Source: Antedon mediterranea
Taxonomy: Eukaryota > Animalia > Echinodermata
DNA: 64,000 nucleotides
Reading direction: 5' to 3'
NCBI RefSeq assembly: GCF_964355755.1
Contig: NC_092675.1
Location: forward strand, 10,969,812 to 11,033,811
Every line of letters starts with the position of its first letter. Position 1 is the first letter of the stretch. Below, piece by piece: positions 51,309 to 64,000 of the stretch. Position numbers and translations under genes: made by a program. The notes beneath the pieces were generated by a model. The model ran no database searches, was not told where the DNA came from, and was given only the letters and a program-made list of their open reading frames with translations.

Positions 51309-52989
51309 CACTGTGGCATAAGCTCGTACCCAAAATTCACACAGTATGTTCAGAATATAGTGAAATGATCATTTCTTGATGTTGCGTTGTGCAAAATCCG
51401 GGAAAACATTTATGCACAATTTTTATCAGCCTGCGAATGCGACGAAGCATGACCAAAATTACGATACACAGTTAGCGCCTGTAAACAAATATACAAATTA
51501 ATAAAGCTATGAAACCTATGGTAATTAACTGTTATAGCATAATCTAAGTATAGATATTCAAATATAATGCAGAACCCATACGATTTGTTAGTTATTGCCT
51601 CTTTTTTAAGTGGCAAAAAATATTCATGATTCTGGGCAATGTCAATTAGAGTAAGAAGAAAACCAATCATTAAAATGAGCAAAATCCATTTTGCATATAC
51701 AATAAGATGCTACTTTTACTTTTTCAAACACTAAAAGCGTACCACCGAAAAGTTTGGGATTGGTCTGAATCGGAAAATATTTTCTTGTTTTTCCTTTCAC
51801 CCTCACCCCAATGCAGGGCAGGATTCTCTCTGAATCCGTCGTGTGTGAAGTTTTTGAAACTGAATAAACATCATCCTCCACGACCTTTTATATTAGTTCA
51901 CAGACACTTGCATGAATACAGAGTATTCAAAAGTCAAAATATTTTCTTGTTTTCCCATTCATATTTATATTATATAAAAAAGAGTAAATTTTGCTGGCTC
52001 TATCCTCTTGAATATCCATATATGTGCGATGTGCAAGGTTCATGAGAAACGACATCATCGATGTTTATCTTCGTTTCGTCTGAATACAGTATTATAATCT
52101 AAGGATCCTTGGAGCGTAGGCCTATGATATTATTACACAAAAGCATAAAAAACGATCGGGCCACAGCAATACAGTGACGAGGAAGTCAGAGGAAATCAAA
52201 CATTCATTTTTGAACAAATATTGTTCGTTCAGGTCTCTTCAAATAAAATCAATGTGTTCGACATTTTGTCATTGTCATGCTGACACGGCTATAAGCCCAC
52301 CCTGACTAATTTTCATGCAAAATGAGGTAGCCCACCCACCAATAATTTGAAGATCTACAGTAGGTGCCGTAATACATTATTTTGCATTTATTTTGTGATA
52401 GTCGACCTGTCTGGCAACTTCCATACTACGCATATTATAACCAAGCTAGGCTAATAAAAGCTAGGCCATAACAGGTCTAGCGGTCTTGTTCTGTTTCATC
52501 GTGGGCGAAGATCACTGCACACACTACGCTCGAATCACAAGTCGTCAAAACGGAAACCCCTATACTAGGCCCTATTTTGTATCGGCTGCCATAAACCGGC
52601 TTATTAAATTTCTTTGGTACATTTTTATCTAACGAACATTGTATACTTGATTTTCTGCTTGATAAACTCTTGTTCAATTGACATTTTAAATAAGATATTT
52701 AAGATAAATGACAAGAACTAGGCCTATATAACTTTAATTTTTCTGATATTCTCTCATAGCTTTAATATATTTAATGTATTTGTATACGTTGTATTGTAAT
52801 TTTGGTCACGCTTCGTCACATTCGCAGTAAACATGAGGTGGGTAAAAAATTGCATATAAAAGTCAAATTTTCCCTTTATTAAATCCCAGATTATGCACGA
52901 CGCAACATCAGGAAATTAGCTTTCCAATATATTCTATATTCTCAACATACTATGTTAATTTCAATAGGGTACGAGCTTATGCCATGGTT
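51309..52989. mobile_element. Degenerate TIR DNA transposon, superfamily uncertain
   Basis: ~90-bp imperfect TIRs TGGCATAAGCTCGTACCC...GATGTTGCGTTGTGCA / TGCACGACGCAACATC...GGGTACGAGCTTATGCCA; broken minus-strand coding-like interior; TSD unresolved. Confidence 0.6.
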
Positions 52990-55074
52990 AGGGTGATTTT
53001 TGACTGTACTACACAAATTATCTGCAATCCACAGTGTTATCTTATCTGTATTGAATTGTTTTCTTTCAGATCACAATGAAGAATGGGGTTAGTAAGCCTA
53101 CTTGATGAGGTACTGCTGTTGCTCTAGCCTTCAACCTGTCTAATAAAACTCTCCTCCTGTAGCTGGTAGTACTGTAATAATAAATGAATAATAATAATGA
53201 ATGTTCATGAGTGTAATGGTACAAATAAAAGCATGAGGTGAAATATAACCTTTCCACTAAATGCCATTATTTGTACCTTTACACGTATATAAAACATTCT
53301 TTGTTTGTTTTATATAACAAAAAGATTACTGTCATTTGAATCAGATGGAATAAAAGGTAGAAAAATATATACATTAATAAAACAGAAATAGAATATTTTA
53401 TATTGTCTCTTAGTGTACGTGAATTCTGTAATCCGATTGGTCAATATGTATGAGATATAATTCCGTATTACATGTTTCATGTTTCTATGCGTGCGTTGTT
53501 TATGTATTGTATTGTATTTTTATCGTTAAGTGCATGTGTAGTTGTGATTTCGTATATGAACCCGTGTTCGACAGTCCGTAAAAAAAGCTAATCGTAATTG
53601 TCAAAAGCTCCCTATTGTTGTGATAGCTAGAGGTCAAAATGGATGGAAGCTTAGACCCAAGTTTAATTAAATTTATACACAAGATACTGTAAATTTTTGT
53701 TTTTTTTCTTTGTCTCTTGTCCAATTGCTTATACAGTATGTGTACACTAAGAGATAAAATTGTTGCACCCTGCTTGTTCTTACGAAATACGGGAAATATC
53801 TACGTTCTGGTTCCATATTCCATGAGGCCGAAGCAGGGTGTAACTAATAATATTACATAGCCTATGTAAATACATGAACGTGATTGGTCGAATCTGCATC
53901 ACATGACTACTGCTGCAAGGTTCGTAAATCGTATACGACCTCCCTGTCATTAAACATATAAAATCCAGTGAATTGACTGTAATTTGTGTGTGGCAATAAA
54001 TAAATAAAAGTGGGGACTCGAAGATTAGTCCACATCATCACGAAACTACGTTTTACACGCCGTGCCAGATAACTTGCTGGAAAAAAATTCAATCAAACTA
54101 TTTAAAATATGCATACATAGCAGCCTCATTTTGTTATTCTCCCTCTATATATGCGACAAAAGACTGTTTGTGATTGGTCGATACTCACGGTTGTAACCTG
54201 GTACGCATGGCGCGCTGATCATCCGGTAATTCGGCTTGAAGAAGATGAATTATTATTTATTCGGCCTACCTGATAATATTATTATTAAATATTAATTTTC
54301 ATTTATCATTTATCTTTTTATTTCGGAATATCATGGTGACATAATATTATATCCATAGCAAAAGAGAGAAAAAAAAATCTTAATCTAACAGATCATAGAA
54401 CAAAAACAAAGATATGTAAATATATAAAGTCAATGCAACAAAGCATTCCATTGTATGTGCATTCTTGACACATTAAGAACGTGGCGATTAATGGCCATGA
54501 TTAAGGAATTACTACTTGCGTTCACACGATTTTTTAAACTAAAAACAGGTTTTTTTAATGAACTCATCAATTAATGTAGGCTTATTGATGGAAATTCTTC
54601 TGTTAATTTAAAAGACCTAGGCCTAAGTGAATATTTTATTATACAATGGAATCATTAATTAGTAATTATTTGTATATTATTCTTTGCAAGGTAAGGTGAA
54701 TTATTATTACATAAATACTAGCTACCTGACCCATGGATATTCTACTTGTTTTTGGCTATGTAATATAACAGATATTTATTTATTTATTATTTATTTATTT
54801 ATTACGGTATATAAAAAGTACAAAAGCAATAGCACATAGCTAATAATGTTTGTATTACGATAAAAAATATTGAAACGAAATCTATAAAAATACAACAATA
54901 AATTCGGGAAATACAATTACAAAATTTCACAATTATTCACTGTAATTTACAATATTATCAATCTTAAAATATATACACAATACAATACAATTGCACTTTA
55001 ATTTAAAAAAATAAAAATTTTGCATTATATACTAAAACCTATCTGCACTGTTCTTTATTTGATTATCATTATTA

Positions 55075-55589
55075 TTATTAATTGATGCGGTCTTCCACAC
55101 AGTTGGAAACACCCCTTCGTTTAGACAGGTATTAAAGATTAAATATAGGTGTTGTGCTATTTCAAAAGAAAACACCTTAATGAGTTTCACTGGAATATCA
55201 TCTGGGTGGCCAGATTTATTTGAGTTTAATTTGTTTAAACTCTTCCAAATTTCTCCATGGTATATTTTGGGGGGTGGTTTTGTAGGCAACTACGAGGGAA
55301 GTGTTTCCAATCTGAGTAGTGGAAGTTGTCAACATACTCTTGATAAATGCTCATTAATTTGTTCAGCCTGTTCTTCAACAGATTCACCATAATTATATAA
55401 TTTAACATTGTCTGACTTATTGTTATATCCTGTAATGTTTTTAATTTGTTTATTCCATTTACCGGGTTGTGCATTTTTTAGTCCTCTTATCCTTATAATG
55501 TTTCTCTTTAGCTTTGTTAATTTCATATTGTACTTTGTTTCTTAGGCTTCGCCATAAAATTATATTATTAGATCTATATGCCTTTTGTC
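55075..55589 (-). pseudogene. CR1/L2-type LINE ORF2 fragment (linker and RT N-terminus)
   Basis: RQKAYRSNNIILWRSLRNKVQYEINKAK...PGKWNKQIKNITG...LNSNKSGHPDDIPVKLIKVFSFEIAQHLYLIFNTCLNEGVFPTVWKTASI. Confidence 0.88.
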
Positions 55590-56369
55590 GATTTCAATCC
55601 AAGTCGGCCCTAAACCGTCTCGGCCCCAAGTCAAGTCGGCCCGAAGTCAACTCGGCCTCAAGTCAACTCGGCCTCACGTCAACTCGGCCAAAAAATAATC
55701 GGTCAACTCGGCCCCGTTAAAGTATGGAACGCAAAAAGTGCAAATGAAGGGATTGATAAAATAATATTTCTTCACAATTTTTTATCTATGAATAATTCTG
55801 ACTTTTAATGAATATTATTATTTAGACAATAATATATTTAGCCAAAAAAATAGGAATGATTTCACCAACTTTCCTTTATTTACGTTTAATAAAATTTCGT
55901 AGCTGAGCCTCCCTGCACGTTTGGCAGCTTTTTCGATATCAACAACTGCTACGTGTTTTCGCTGACCCTTTTTTAAAAACGCAAATCATGGACAAAAACG
56001 ATGTACGATCATTTTTTCTATGGCCAAATGGTGGAACGTAGGCCTCCGTCTTCGATTTACTAAATGCGGTACCTGCACGTGTTTTTGTAACACGCGGGTA
56101 CTTCTATTCATATCGGCAATGAGTTCATTTTTTTATGATATTATTTAATTATATTAAATTTTTTATTCATTTTTTTTAAAGCGTGGATAGTAAGAATCAT
56201 AATAATATTAAGCACTTTTTGCGTTCCATACTTTATTGTGGCCGAGTTGACGTGAGGCCGAGTTGACTTGAGGCCGAGTTGACTTGAGGCCAAGTTGACT
56301 TGGGGCCGACTTGACGTGGGGCCGACTTGACTTTGGCCGAGACGGTTTGGGGCCGACTTGACCTGCACC
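55590..56369 (-). mobile_element. MULE-like MITE, unexpanded 780-bp copy
   Basis: 9-bp TSD CCTTTTGTC (55581-55589; 56370-56378); subterminal GTCAAGTCGGCC/GTCAACTCGGCC arrays at both ends. Confidence 0.88.
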
Positions 56370-58797
56370 CCTTTTGTCGCTCATTGTCATGAACTCCCTT
56401 TACGTATGTTTCCGAGCGGTTGAAAATACTTTAGGAACTCCCTTGTGACATAAAAGTATACACACAAAATCCACAAAGTTGTAAAATAACTTAAAATGGA
56501 TATGAAAGGGTTCCTAGCAATATCATTTTATTGGCTCAACGTGTAGATCAATCAGTTTTAAGCTTGCCATAGTCATACTTAATGTTTTGGAGGACGACAA
56601 CGCCCTCAAAACGCCCCTGAGAAACCTGTGAAAAACTTTTTGTGACGTCACTAAAAGTTATTTTTGTATTACAGAGATAGGAATTTAGCAGTAAATCATT
56701 GATTGATGCAAAAGCATGGTAGTAATTACTTATTGCTTTGATATTTTTATTCTTGGATAAGTATGTTAGCCTAATCGAATAAAATTAATTCATATTATCA
56801 ACCATGTTTTTTTTTAAACGGATTTTAATTTCGTTTTTCAAGGCCATCTTTTACGAAATTCATAGCCAAATGCCTATCTTGCTGGGTACACGGAGTTATT
56901 TTGCGCATGCGTGAGAATCACAGAGTCGACCACCTTGGCCTCTCTCTCGACCCTCCTCGCGAGCGATGTTTATTTCGCTATTTATTATACACGTATTATT
57001 GAAACATTCATTTTATTATTATTTCGTTGTAATTAACTGAAATTGATGGAAATTCGTCCACATCGTCTTGTTAACACGGGTGTTAACATCGTTTTGAAGA
57101 AACGGTTGGACGAGTAAATGGTGTTTGAAAATGCCATGGCCTGGAGCTAGCTAGGCCTAGGCCTTTTTAGTAGTGATGACTGCTGGATACGGTGTTTAGT
57201 CGCCCGGCCAGAGGTGAGCTGAGAGCGTATGCTCCTTGATGTATCGTTGAGGGTGTTAATGGTAGGCACAATTGTGTTACTGTATTATGTATATACACAT
57301 TATTTATAAGTACGTTTATTAATATTGTTGTGTGCTGTAGTGTCCTGACTAACGCATTATTAAAATATTTTTTTGTTATTACATGCCACCCTACTAGCTA
57401 GTAGGCTAGGCAACACTGAATACTAAATATTATGATTCCCAATAAAATGAATAGAGTTGGATTTTTTCTAATGTAGTAATAAAGGTTATAACAGGCCAGG
57501 CCTAGTTAGGGGTATTTCAGCTTGTATCATATACAGTACAGTGTATACAGTAAATAAACAATTCATTTGTATTTTTACCTACCTACAGGTCTATAATTGG
57601 AGTGCAACTATGATAATTGATGGACGGGATAAGCAAATGTATTTATTGATTGGAATGGAAGCGCAAAGTTAGAGTCAAATTATAATATTAAGGTAACAGA
57701 TACTGAGCATTGCTATTTTAAACTGTTGATCAAACCTACATAATACATTATACTAAATTATTATTTTGTTTTGAGGGCAGATAAACATGTGCTTATTCAT
57801 TTTCCTTTTTCAGGTGAATAGAAAGATACCCAGCGTACTTTATAATAGATGCTACTTGGATCATGCTTGCACGATACATTTATGCAGTATACTAAGACAC
57901 CAAGTATAGAATGAGCGCAGACAATTAAAATTACAGAACTAAATATTTATGAAGAATAGTAAAATATGCATAATAGAATTCTTTAGACGCGAGTGCTAGG
58001 GTTACAGTCATACTGTAACTATGGTAATGTACTACCAGACAGTACACTAGTAGCAGTGCATCATATAGTGTTTGTTTTTAACCATCTAAATGGGTCTGGG
58101 TATATAAACAAATAAACCACTACTGTACTTCTTTTTTTATTTATTTAGCCAAATACTATGTACAATGGACATTTATGAAAGAATCCATCTCTTGAATATG
58201 ATGGAGCTGGCTGGTGTTGATAGAATTAAAATGTATCACTCAGGTCTCAAAAGTAATTTATGTCCCGTTTGAAAAATCCTGCTTGTTCCAAACTCATTAT
58301 GATACATTTGTTCAATAAAATTCATTCCACACACTATTTCTGCCATATAATTTGATGTTTACAATTGTATTACTAGTACTATTATTACAGTTCTTCAAAG
58401 CCATCTCATGTACTGTTGATTCCATAAATCTGCAAAGATAAGACCAATAAATGGATGGAAATGTACTATTATTTTTATTCAATCCTACCTCTAGGCCCCA
58501 TAGTATTATATTTTATGACTTGGTAACAAACAGAAAGAGGTTATTATTTAATTACACTACAGTTACTAACTAAACTATAATAATCCTCTCGGCCTCACCT
58601 CCTCTGCTCTACTTTAATTATTAGTATTATTATATTACTATATTAGTCAATAACAAAAGTCAGAGCCAAAAACAAGTTCAACACAAGCTTACCTTTTTTA
58701 TTTACGTCGCCTTTTACATACGTCTACGCCCGCGCCTTGTCCACTTCCTGGAGGTTCGTCGGTGGACCGGCGACTGCTACTCTCTTGTACTGTAGGC

Positions 58798-58814
58798 CAT
58801 GGAGTAACTCCATG
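58798..58814. mobile_element. 17-bp palindromic P-element-like remnant
   Basis: CATGGAGTAACTCCATG flanked by 7-bp TSD TGTAGGC (58791-58797; 58815-58821). Confidence 0.75.
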
Positions 58815-59646
58815 TGTAGGCCTAGCCTACTACTACTAGCGAATTTAGAAGAAACTATAGTCTACTAGACCTAGCCTAATTTGTAGTCTGCGTGAGTGGT
58901 TTAGTGTGAGAAGTACAAATACACACTTTCTTCTTTTCACGTACAATCTTTGCAGACATAACTTTTTATTGATTTGTGAAATATCGATATTTTCTACGAC
59001 TGCAGCAACAGGGAGCTTGCAACACGCGAGTCTCGTGAAGGATGGGTTTGTTTATTTTGTTTACACCACACAGTCCGCGAACGAGACAAGGCGGTGATTG
59101 GACTGTATTAAAATTCATTAACCAATCACAAAACGACTGCTGCCGTGGCTACAACCCCGGGTGTTTCAAACTCTAAATTTGACGATCTCGTACGTGCGTA
59201 TAGAACGTTCATAAAAATTAAGATGGCGTGCCAGTTGGTCGGCCATTTTGCGGACGTTTTATACCAAAATTTAATTTGTTTATTTCTCAATTTCTACTAG
59301 GTATTTGAATCTAATTTTTTGTGTGCTGTTTATTAACATTAAAAGGATTCATACAAAGTCCTTTTTGTGAAATTTTAAAATCCTTTCATATCCATTTTAA
59401 AAACAAAGCTTTAATTTCAATCAACTTTAACTTTCAACAATCCAGTAAACAACAGCTTCACAATAAACATTTACAATCAAATATCCAACAACCTTATACA
59501 TCCCTTGTATATACAAGATGTTCCTATCCTTCTAGATCGTTTTTTATACTTCTTATTCTATTGGATTACACTTTCTATTAATATCATATCTGGAATGTTC
59601 CTGATTGTTCTTATTATTTATACATGGTTTCTTAAATCAAAACATC

Positions 59647-60430
59647 TTATTCTAGAATGTTCATATTAAGGAATGGTAATTTATTACACTCATCAATCAA
59701 TATATGTATGCGATAGTTCATCCTCGGCTTTTCATTATTTCGTCGTCGAATTACTTTTTGCGTAAAATGTTCTTCGTATTTTTGTTTTAGTATATTTTCA
59801 AGAATTTCTGCCATTTTCTCTCCTGATTCTGCCAAATACACCTTCTCCCATGATTCGCGAGTTATCCATTGGCCCATCGATCGAATACAAGATTCTCTGA
59901 ATGGCCTTGAGATCACGGCTTTTGAGGCAGGCTTGCGAATTTGATTTAAAGGCTTACAGATGATAACACAGTTGTCACTCTTGCCCATAATGTGTTTATG
60001 GGTGTTTCGTAGACATTATCAACATCAGTAACAATTTTGTCCAGGCAATTTTGTTTGCGAGTTGGGAAAAGAACAACTTGTTTAAGTAAGAGATGGTTTT
60101 CTAACTCATCAGTATCAAATTCATTGAAGTCGCCTAATATAGTAAATGCTGCTTTATTATGTATTCCTCGAATCTTATCCAATGTGGTCAGAAAGCAGCA
60201 TTGCATGGTTACACCTCGGAGGGTAATACACAGCGCATATACATAGTATTGATTCAATAGAAGATGGTACTTTAACCTGGATCCACACCACCTCAAGATC
60301 TTCGGGTATCACAGCTTCAGTGATGCTTGCAGATTCTATATGATTACAAATGTATACACCCCACCTCCTTTTTTTGGCCCGATCTTTACGATATACTTCA
60401 TATTTACATAATTTAAATTTTCCGGAATCA
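59647..60430 (-). pseudogene. CR1/L2-type LINE ORF2 fragment (APE endonuclease)
   Basis: RKDRAKK-GGGV, EVVWIQVK, AFTILGDFN, LKQVVLFPTRKQNCLDKIVT, GKSDNC, RPFRESCIRSMGQWITRESWEKVY. Confidence 0.88.
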
Positions 60431-60461
60431 TTGGGTAGATCGTTAGTAAACCCTTTATATC

Positions 60462-60605
60462 AGTAAAATATAAGATTTGACATCCCCTCGGGTAATTATA
60501 TTTTGCTTTCGAGAATAATATTTCCCTCAGCTGGTGCTTCGGGAAATATATATTCTCTCGAGCAAAATATCATTCCCTCAGGGATGTCAAATCTTATATT
60601 TTACC
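60462..60605. mobile_element. Palindromic MITE (possibly Crypton-derived)
   Basis: GTAAAATATAAGATTTGACATCCC...GGGATGTCAAATCTTATATTTTAC foldback with a central TTCCC...GGGAA; no clear TSD. Confidence 0.55.
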
Positions 60606-61678
60606 TCTAAGCAGGTAATATCTGTATAATATTGCATGGATCAACAGAATTTACTGCAAGTTACCATAATTATTTTTCATTGTTTTGTACACTTATTAAC
60701 CAATTTTCATATTATATATTGTTTTGGTCTGAAATAACTTAGATTTTAACATTATGCATTATAAAAAATATAATTCATGAAATTATTTAAAAGCAATCAA
60801 TCAATGGATATTTAATTATAAAGTAAGAAATGTTAATAAAGAATGCATATATTTATGGTCTAAATACTATGGTCACAATTAATTTAGAAAACACACGTAG
60901 TCCAACAATGATAATGATAAAGTAGTTGATTATACTCTTAACGGAACCTTTTGTTCAGGATATCCTTCCCACACCTTAAACAGTACTCAGGAAATAGTTA
61001 TAGTGCCTGAATGTATTGCCTTGAAACATGTGCTAAAATATCAACACACAACCACGACACCTCATTGTGTGCACTTGTACCACACCAGACACACTCTCCA
61101 GGATCACATATGTAATCAACACACTTGCCAATACTGGCTGGGATTTGTTACTGGACATTTTTTTCACATGAACTTCATTCATCATGAAGGTTGTGATAGT
61201 TTTTATTTTTAAATATAATTTTTATTCTTGTATTACATTTACAGTAGCCTGTTATGTTTGGTTTCATGTTTTGTAATTCTATTTGGTTTGCTCACTGTAT
61301 TATACTTTTTTAATTTTGTTTTGGTCCTGAAGAAAAAATAGTACTATTTTATTTCCTTTTCTATATATTTTTATTTTTACATTATTATGTTATAATAATG
61401 CTCTTTTAAAGCATTTTTCATGAGTTCTAAAACTGTAAGACTTTCTTTCCCTACCTTACATTAACCAATGTTTATTTTCTTTGTTTATATAGTAATATGG
61501 ATTTGTTTGGTTTAGTTATATTTTATATTACTGGTACAGTTCTGTAATATAAAACTCAAATAATGAAATTGAGCATGATTGATGACTCAAGGTTTTTATT
61601 GGAGTCATGAGTAACTTAAATACTTCTTTTAAATATAATCAGTACATATTTCCACTTAAATTTATTTTTTAATTTCAG

Positions 61679-61781
61679 AGCCTTCGATGTACACTGCCAG
61701 GGTGTAGTTGCGAATGTTTCAACCCCTGTAAAACGCAGCTAAGATCTTGCCAGTCTTGCCAACATGGCTGGGTTGCTCACG
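61679..61781 (+). CDS. Internal exon of a basonuclin-like (BNC1/BNC2) zinc-finger gene
   Basis: tttcag|...|gtgagt, 103 nt, phase 0 to 1, encoding [34 protein letters not shown], matching the basonuclin N-terminal motif CTLxxCxCECFxPGKxxLRxCDxCKHGWVAH. Not called in the supplied ORF track. Confidence 0.85.
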
Positions 61782-61953
61782 GTGAGTTTAACAGTTAATA
61801 TGTAATGACTCATGGATTATATAACATTTCAAATGCTACAGCAAATTTACCCTCCTGTATACATATAAAAAATAAAAACCAGGATGTTCACAACATCTTT
61901 ACTAATTGCTATTTTTGATAAATGATATTTGTAAATAAAGACGTGCGTTAAAA

Positions 61954-62417
61954 CATGGAGTAATAATAGAACGAGTAATACAAAGAATGATTAAACCTCA
62001 CTGCCAAAATCATGTAATAAAAAAGTTATATCATTATTACATTATATTCATATCCAGTTCAGTACCACACTGCAATTTATGACTCAATGTTTACAACAAA
62101 TTGTTGCTAAAAAACACAAAAATCAATGGTCCTCTAGTCATTCATTTAAAATGTTATTATCAACTGTACAATACATAAGATAATAAAGAAATATACAATT
62201 TATGGAATGCTATAAATACAATACATTATCTATATAAAACAAATTACTGCTATATAATTCAAATTTCCAATTAATAATAATAAAAAAAAATTATATAAAA
62301 TTTTAAATTCAAGTGAAAGGGGCAGAGACAAATAAACTACCATATCTTCCTTCTTCTTCCACTGCCATAGTTTTGATTTTCTATTGTAGAATGGGGCCGT
62401 TTGATTATTACTCCATG
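61954..62417. mobile_element. P-element-like MITE (464 bp), intronic
   Basis: TIR CATGGAGTAATAAT / ATTATTACTCCATG; 7-bp TSD GTTAAAA (61947-61953; 62418-62424). Confidence 0.85.
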
Positions 62418-64000
62418 GTTAAAACAAACAAACCTGTATGAATTGTTGTTAAACATGAGGATAATTAACATGTAGTCTTTGATTGATAATATTATTGGTT
62501 TTTTTTTATGTCTATTTGCTAAAGACCTTAATTGCTAAACACTTTTTCAGAAGCTTCTTTCAGGCAAATTTTCTTTGTATACATTTGCTTCAATGTTAGG
62601 TTCCCTAATTTTTTTTTGTATGTTTTTTTTACTAATTAAAATATTAATTTGTTCACACACATTTTGGATAATTATACACCTTTTGTCAAAAGTCTTGTTC
62701 ATATGTGTTGTCGGTCATAAGCAGTTTACAGATCTTGATGGTCATAAGTGAAATATTGTTACAATAAAACAATTGGTTAAACTATGTTTACTACCTCTCT
62801 TGATGTGACCAGCATTTAATATATTGAAGGCGCGATCATTTTTAGTAGAACTTGCTCCATTGAGAGTAGTTCATATAGACATGATCACTGTTAAACTGAG
62901 CCAATTTTATTTCTTTTAGTGTATAAATAATGCATGTTTTATTACTAATTTAGGGGAAAAAGTGGTTTATATCTCATTATTCGCATAGTAAATATAATTT
63001 TTGAAATGTTTATCCAGACAAACTTTAATATCAAATTTAAATTAATATACATTTTAAAAATGTTAATAAATTAAAGCTGAGATTAAGCACTTTCAATGTG
63101 GCACTGTCAACCAAAAAGATGGCATCATAGGTAGCAAATATACAGAGCAAACTTTCTTCATGTTTTATTACAGTTTATAGGTGGCACGTTGTGCAGTGAT
63201 ACCGGCTATAGTATTTGCGGTGCCAAGATCGATTCCCATCGGGGAAAATGTAGACAGATTATCTTTTATATATTATAAACTGACAAAAATCAATGCATAT
63301 AACCTATACAGTAAATTGTCATAGTGACGAATTAAATCTAGTTTTTATAAATGATTTTTTCATGATGCCATGAAATACTACGTGTAGCAACAATACTTTC
63401 TTTGTACTCCATTATTTTGAAGGTACGCACATCTAGAATTAAAGAAATTGCCAAAATGATGTTGTTGATAAACAATTCAAGTATTTTCATAGATATATTT
63501 CATAGATTATTTATTTATTGTGTTTTAATAAAATTACAGCAAGTAGTCATATGACTCACAAAAAAAAACACACTTAAAATTAACTATAAAAAATGCAATT
63601 TAAAAAAGATACATCAATAAAGTAAATTTATCTATATGTCTTTATAAATTAGGCATATAAACTATTGTAAGGATGGGTGATTTTTTAGTAGTTCTTCTAA
63701 CAATATTTTATCCTCTAACATACATACCCAGTGTGAAGGGAACACACATTAATTTTAAATCAATTCAAAAGATTTATAGCATCCTACAAAAAATGTGAAC
63801 TATAAAAATTAAAATGTCGTCCAAGTTTCTACACAGGCCCCATGGGACTAAAATACATGTTCATATAGGTATTTAGCAGATCTCATTCGTTATTTCTGCC
63901 AATAATGATGTATTTCTCAAGCTGTATATGTAGAAAACTATTATTACATGTACAATATCCTGTCACGATGTACTCGGTGTGTCAATCATTTCCCATACGT

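Noticed and set aside
51069-51368. 99-aa ORF as a gene
   Set aside because: No recognisable domain, and it crosses a transposon boundary at ~51309.
63181-63260. Next basonuclin exon after ttatag
   Set aside because: The phase-compatible translation shows no basonuclin similarity and no good donor site follows.

Overview
AT-rich eukaryotic (animal) genomic DNA made almost entirely of nested, decayed transposable elements. A Deu-domain SINE, TAGGCCTA-rich tracts and a basonuclin-like exon suggest an invertebrate deuterostome such as an echinoderm (inference). There is no intact long ORF, and no CRISPR array or bona fide rRNA/tRNA gene. The only well-supported host-gene piece is a 103-nt basonuclin (BNC1/BNC2-like) exon at 61679-61781 (+). 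Main structures: (1) a 12.6-kb Academ-like long-TIR element (3092-15715) enclosing a Penelope-like RT/GIY-YIG remnant, with nested insertions down to a SINE (Academ > hAT > Sola2 > SINE; Academ > Sola2-like > Helentron MITE); (2) a ~10-kb quasi-palindrome (21271-31030) formed when a MULE-like MITE acquired an inverted 3.6-kb copy of neighbouring DNA, with an unfilled sister copy at 55590-56369 showing the empty site; (3) a series of tiny CATGGAG...CTCCATG palindromes with 7-bp TSDs that look like P-element excision footprints, alongside a 464-bp MITE with the same termini; (4) two hammerhead-ribozyme motifs linked to Penelope-like sequence; (5) Gypsy, CR1/L2, piggyBac, Ginger, Harbinger, Tc1/mariner, Helentron and 5-bp-TSD hAT-like remnants. 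Superfamily calls rest on termini, TSDs and hand-read motifs and need database confirmation. I see no clearly new multi-gene system; the strongest novelty candidates are mechanistic (footprints, capture, ribozyme-bearing insert).
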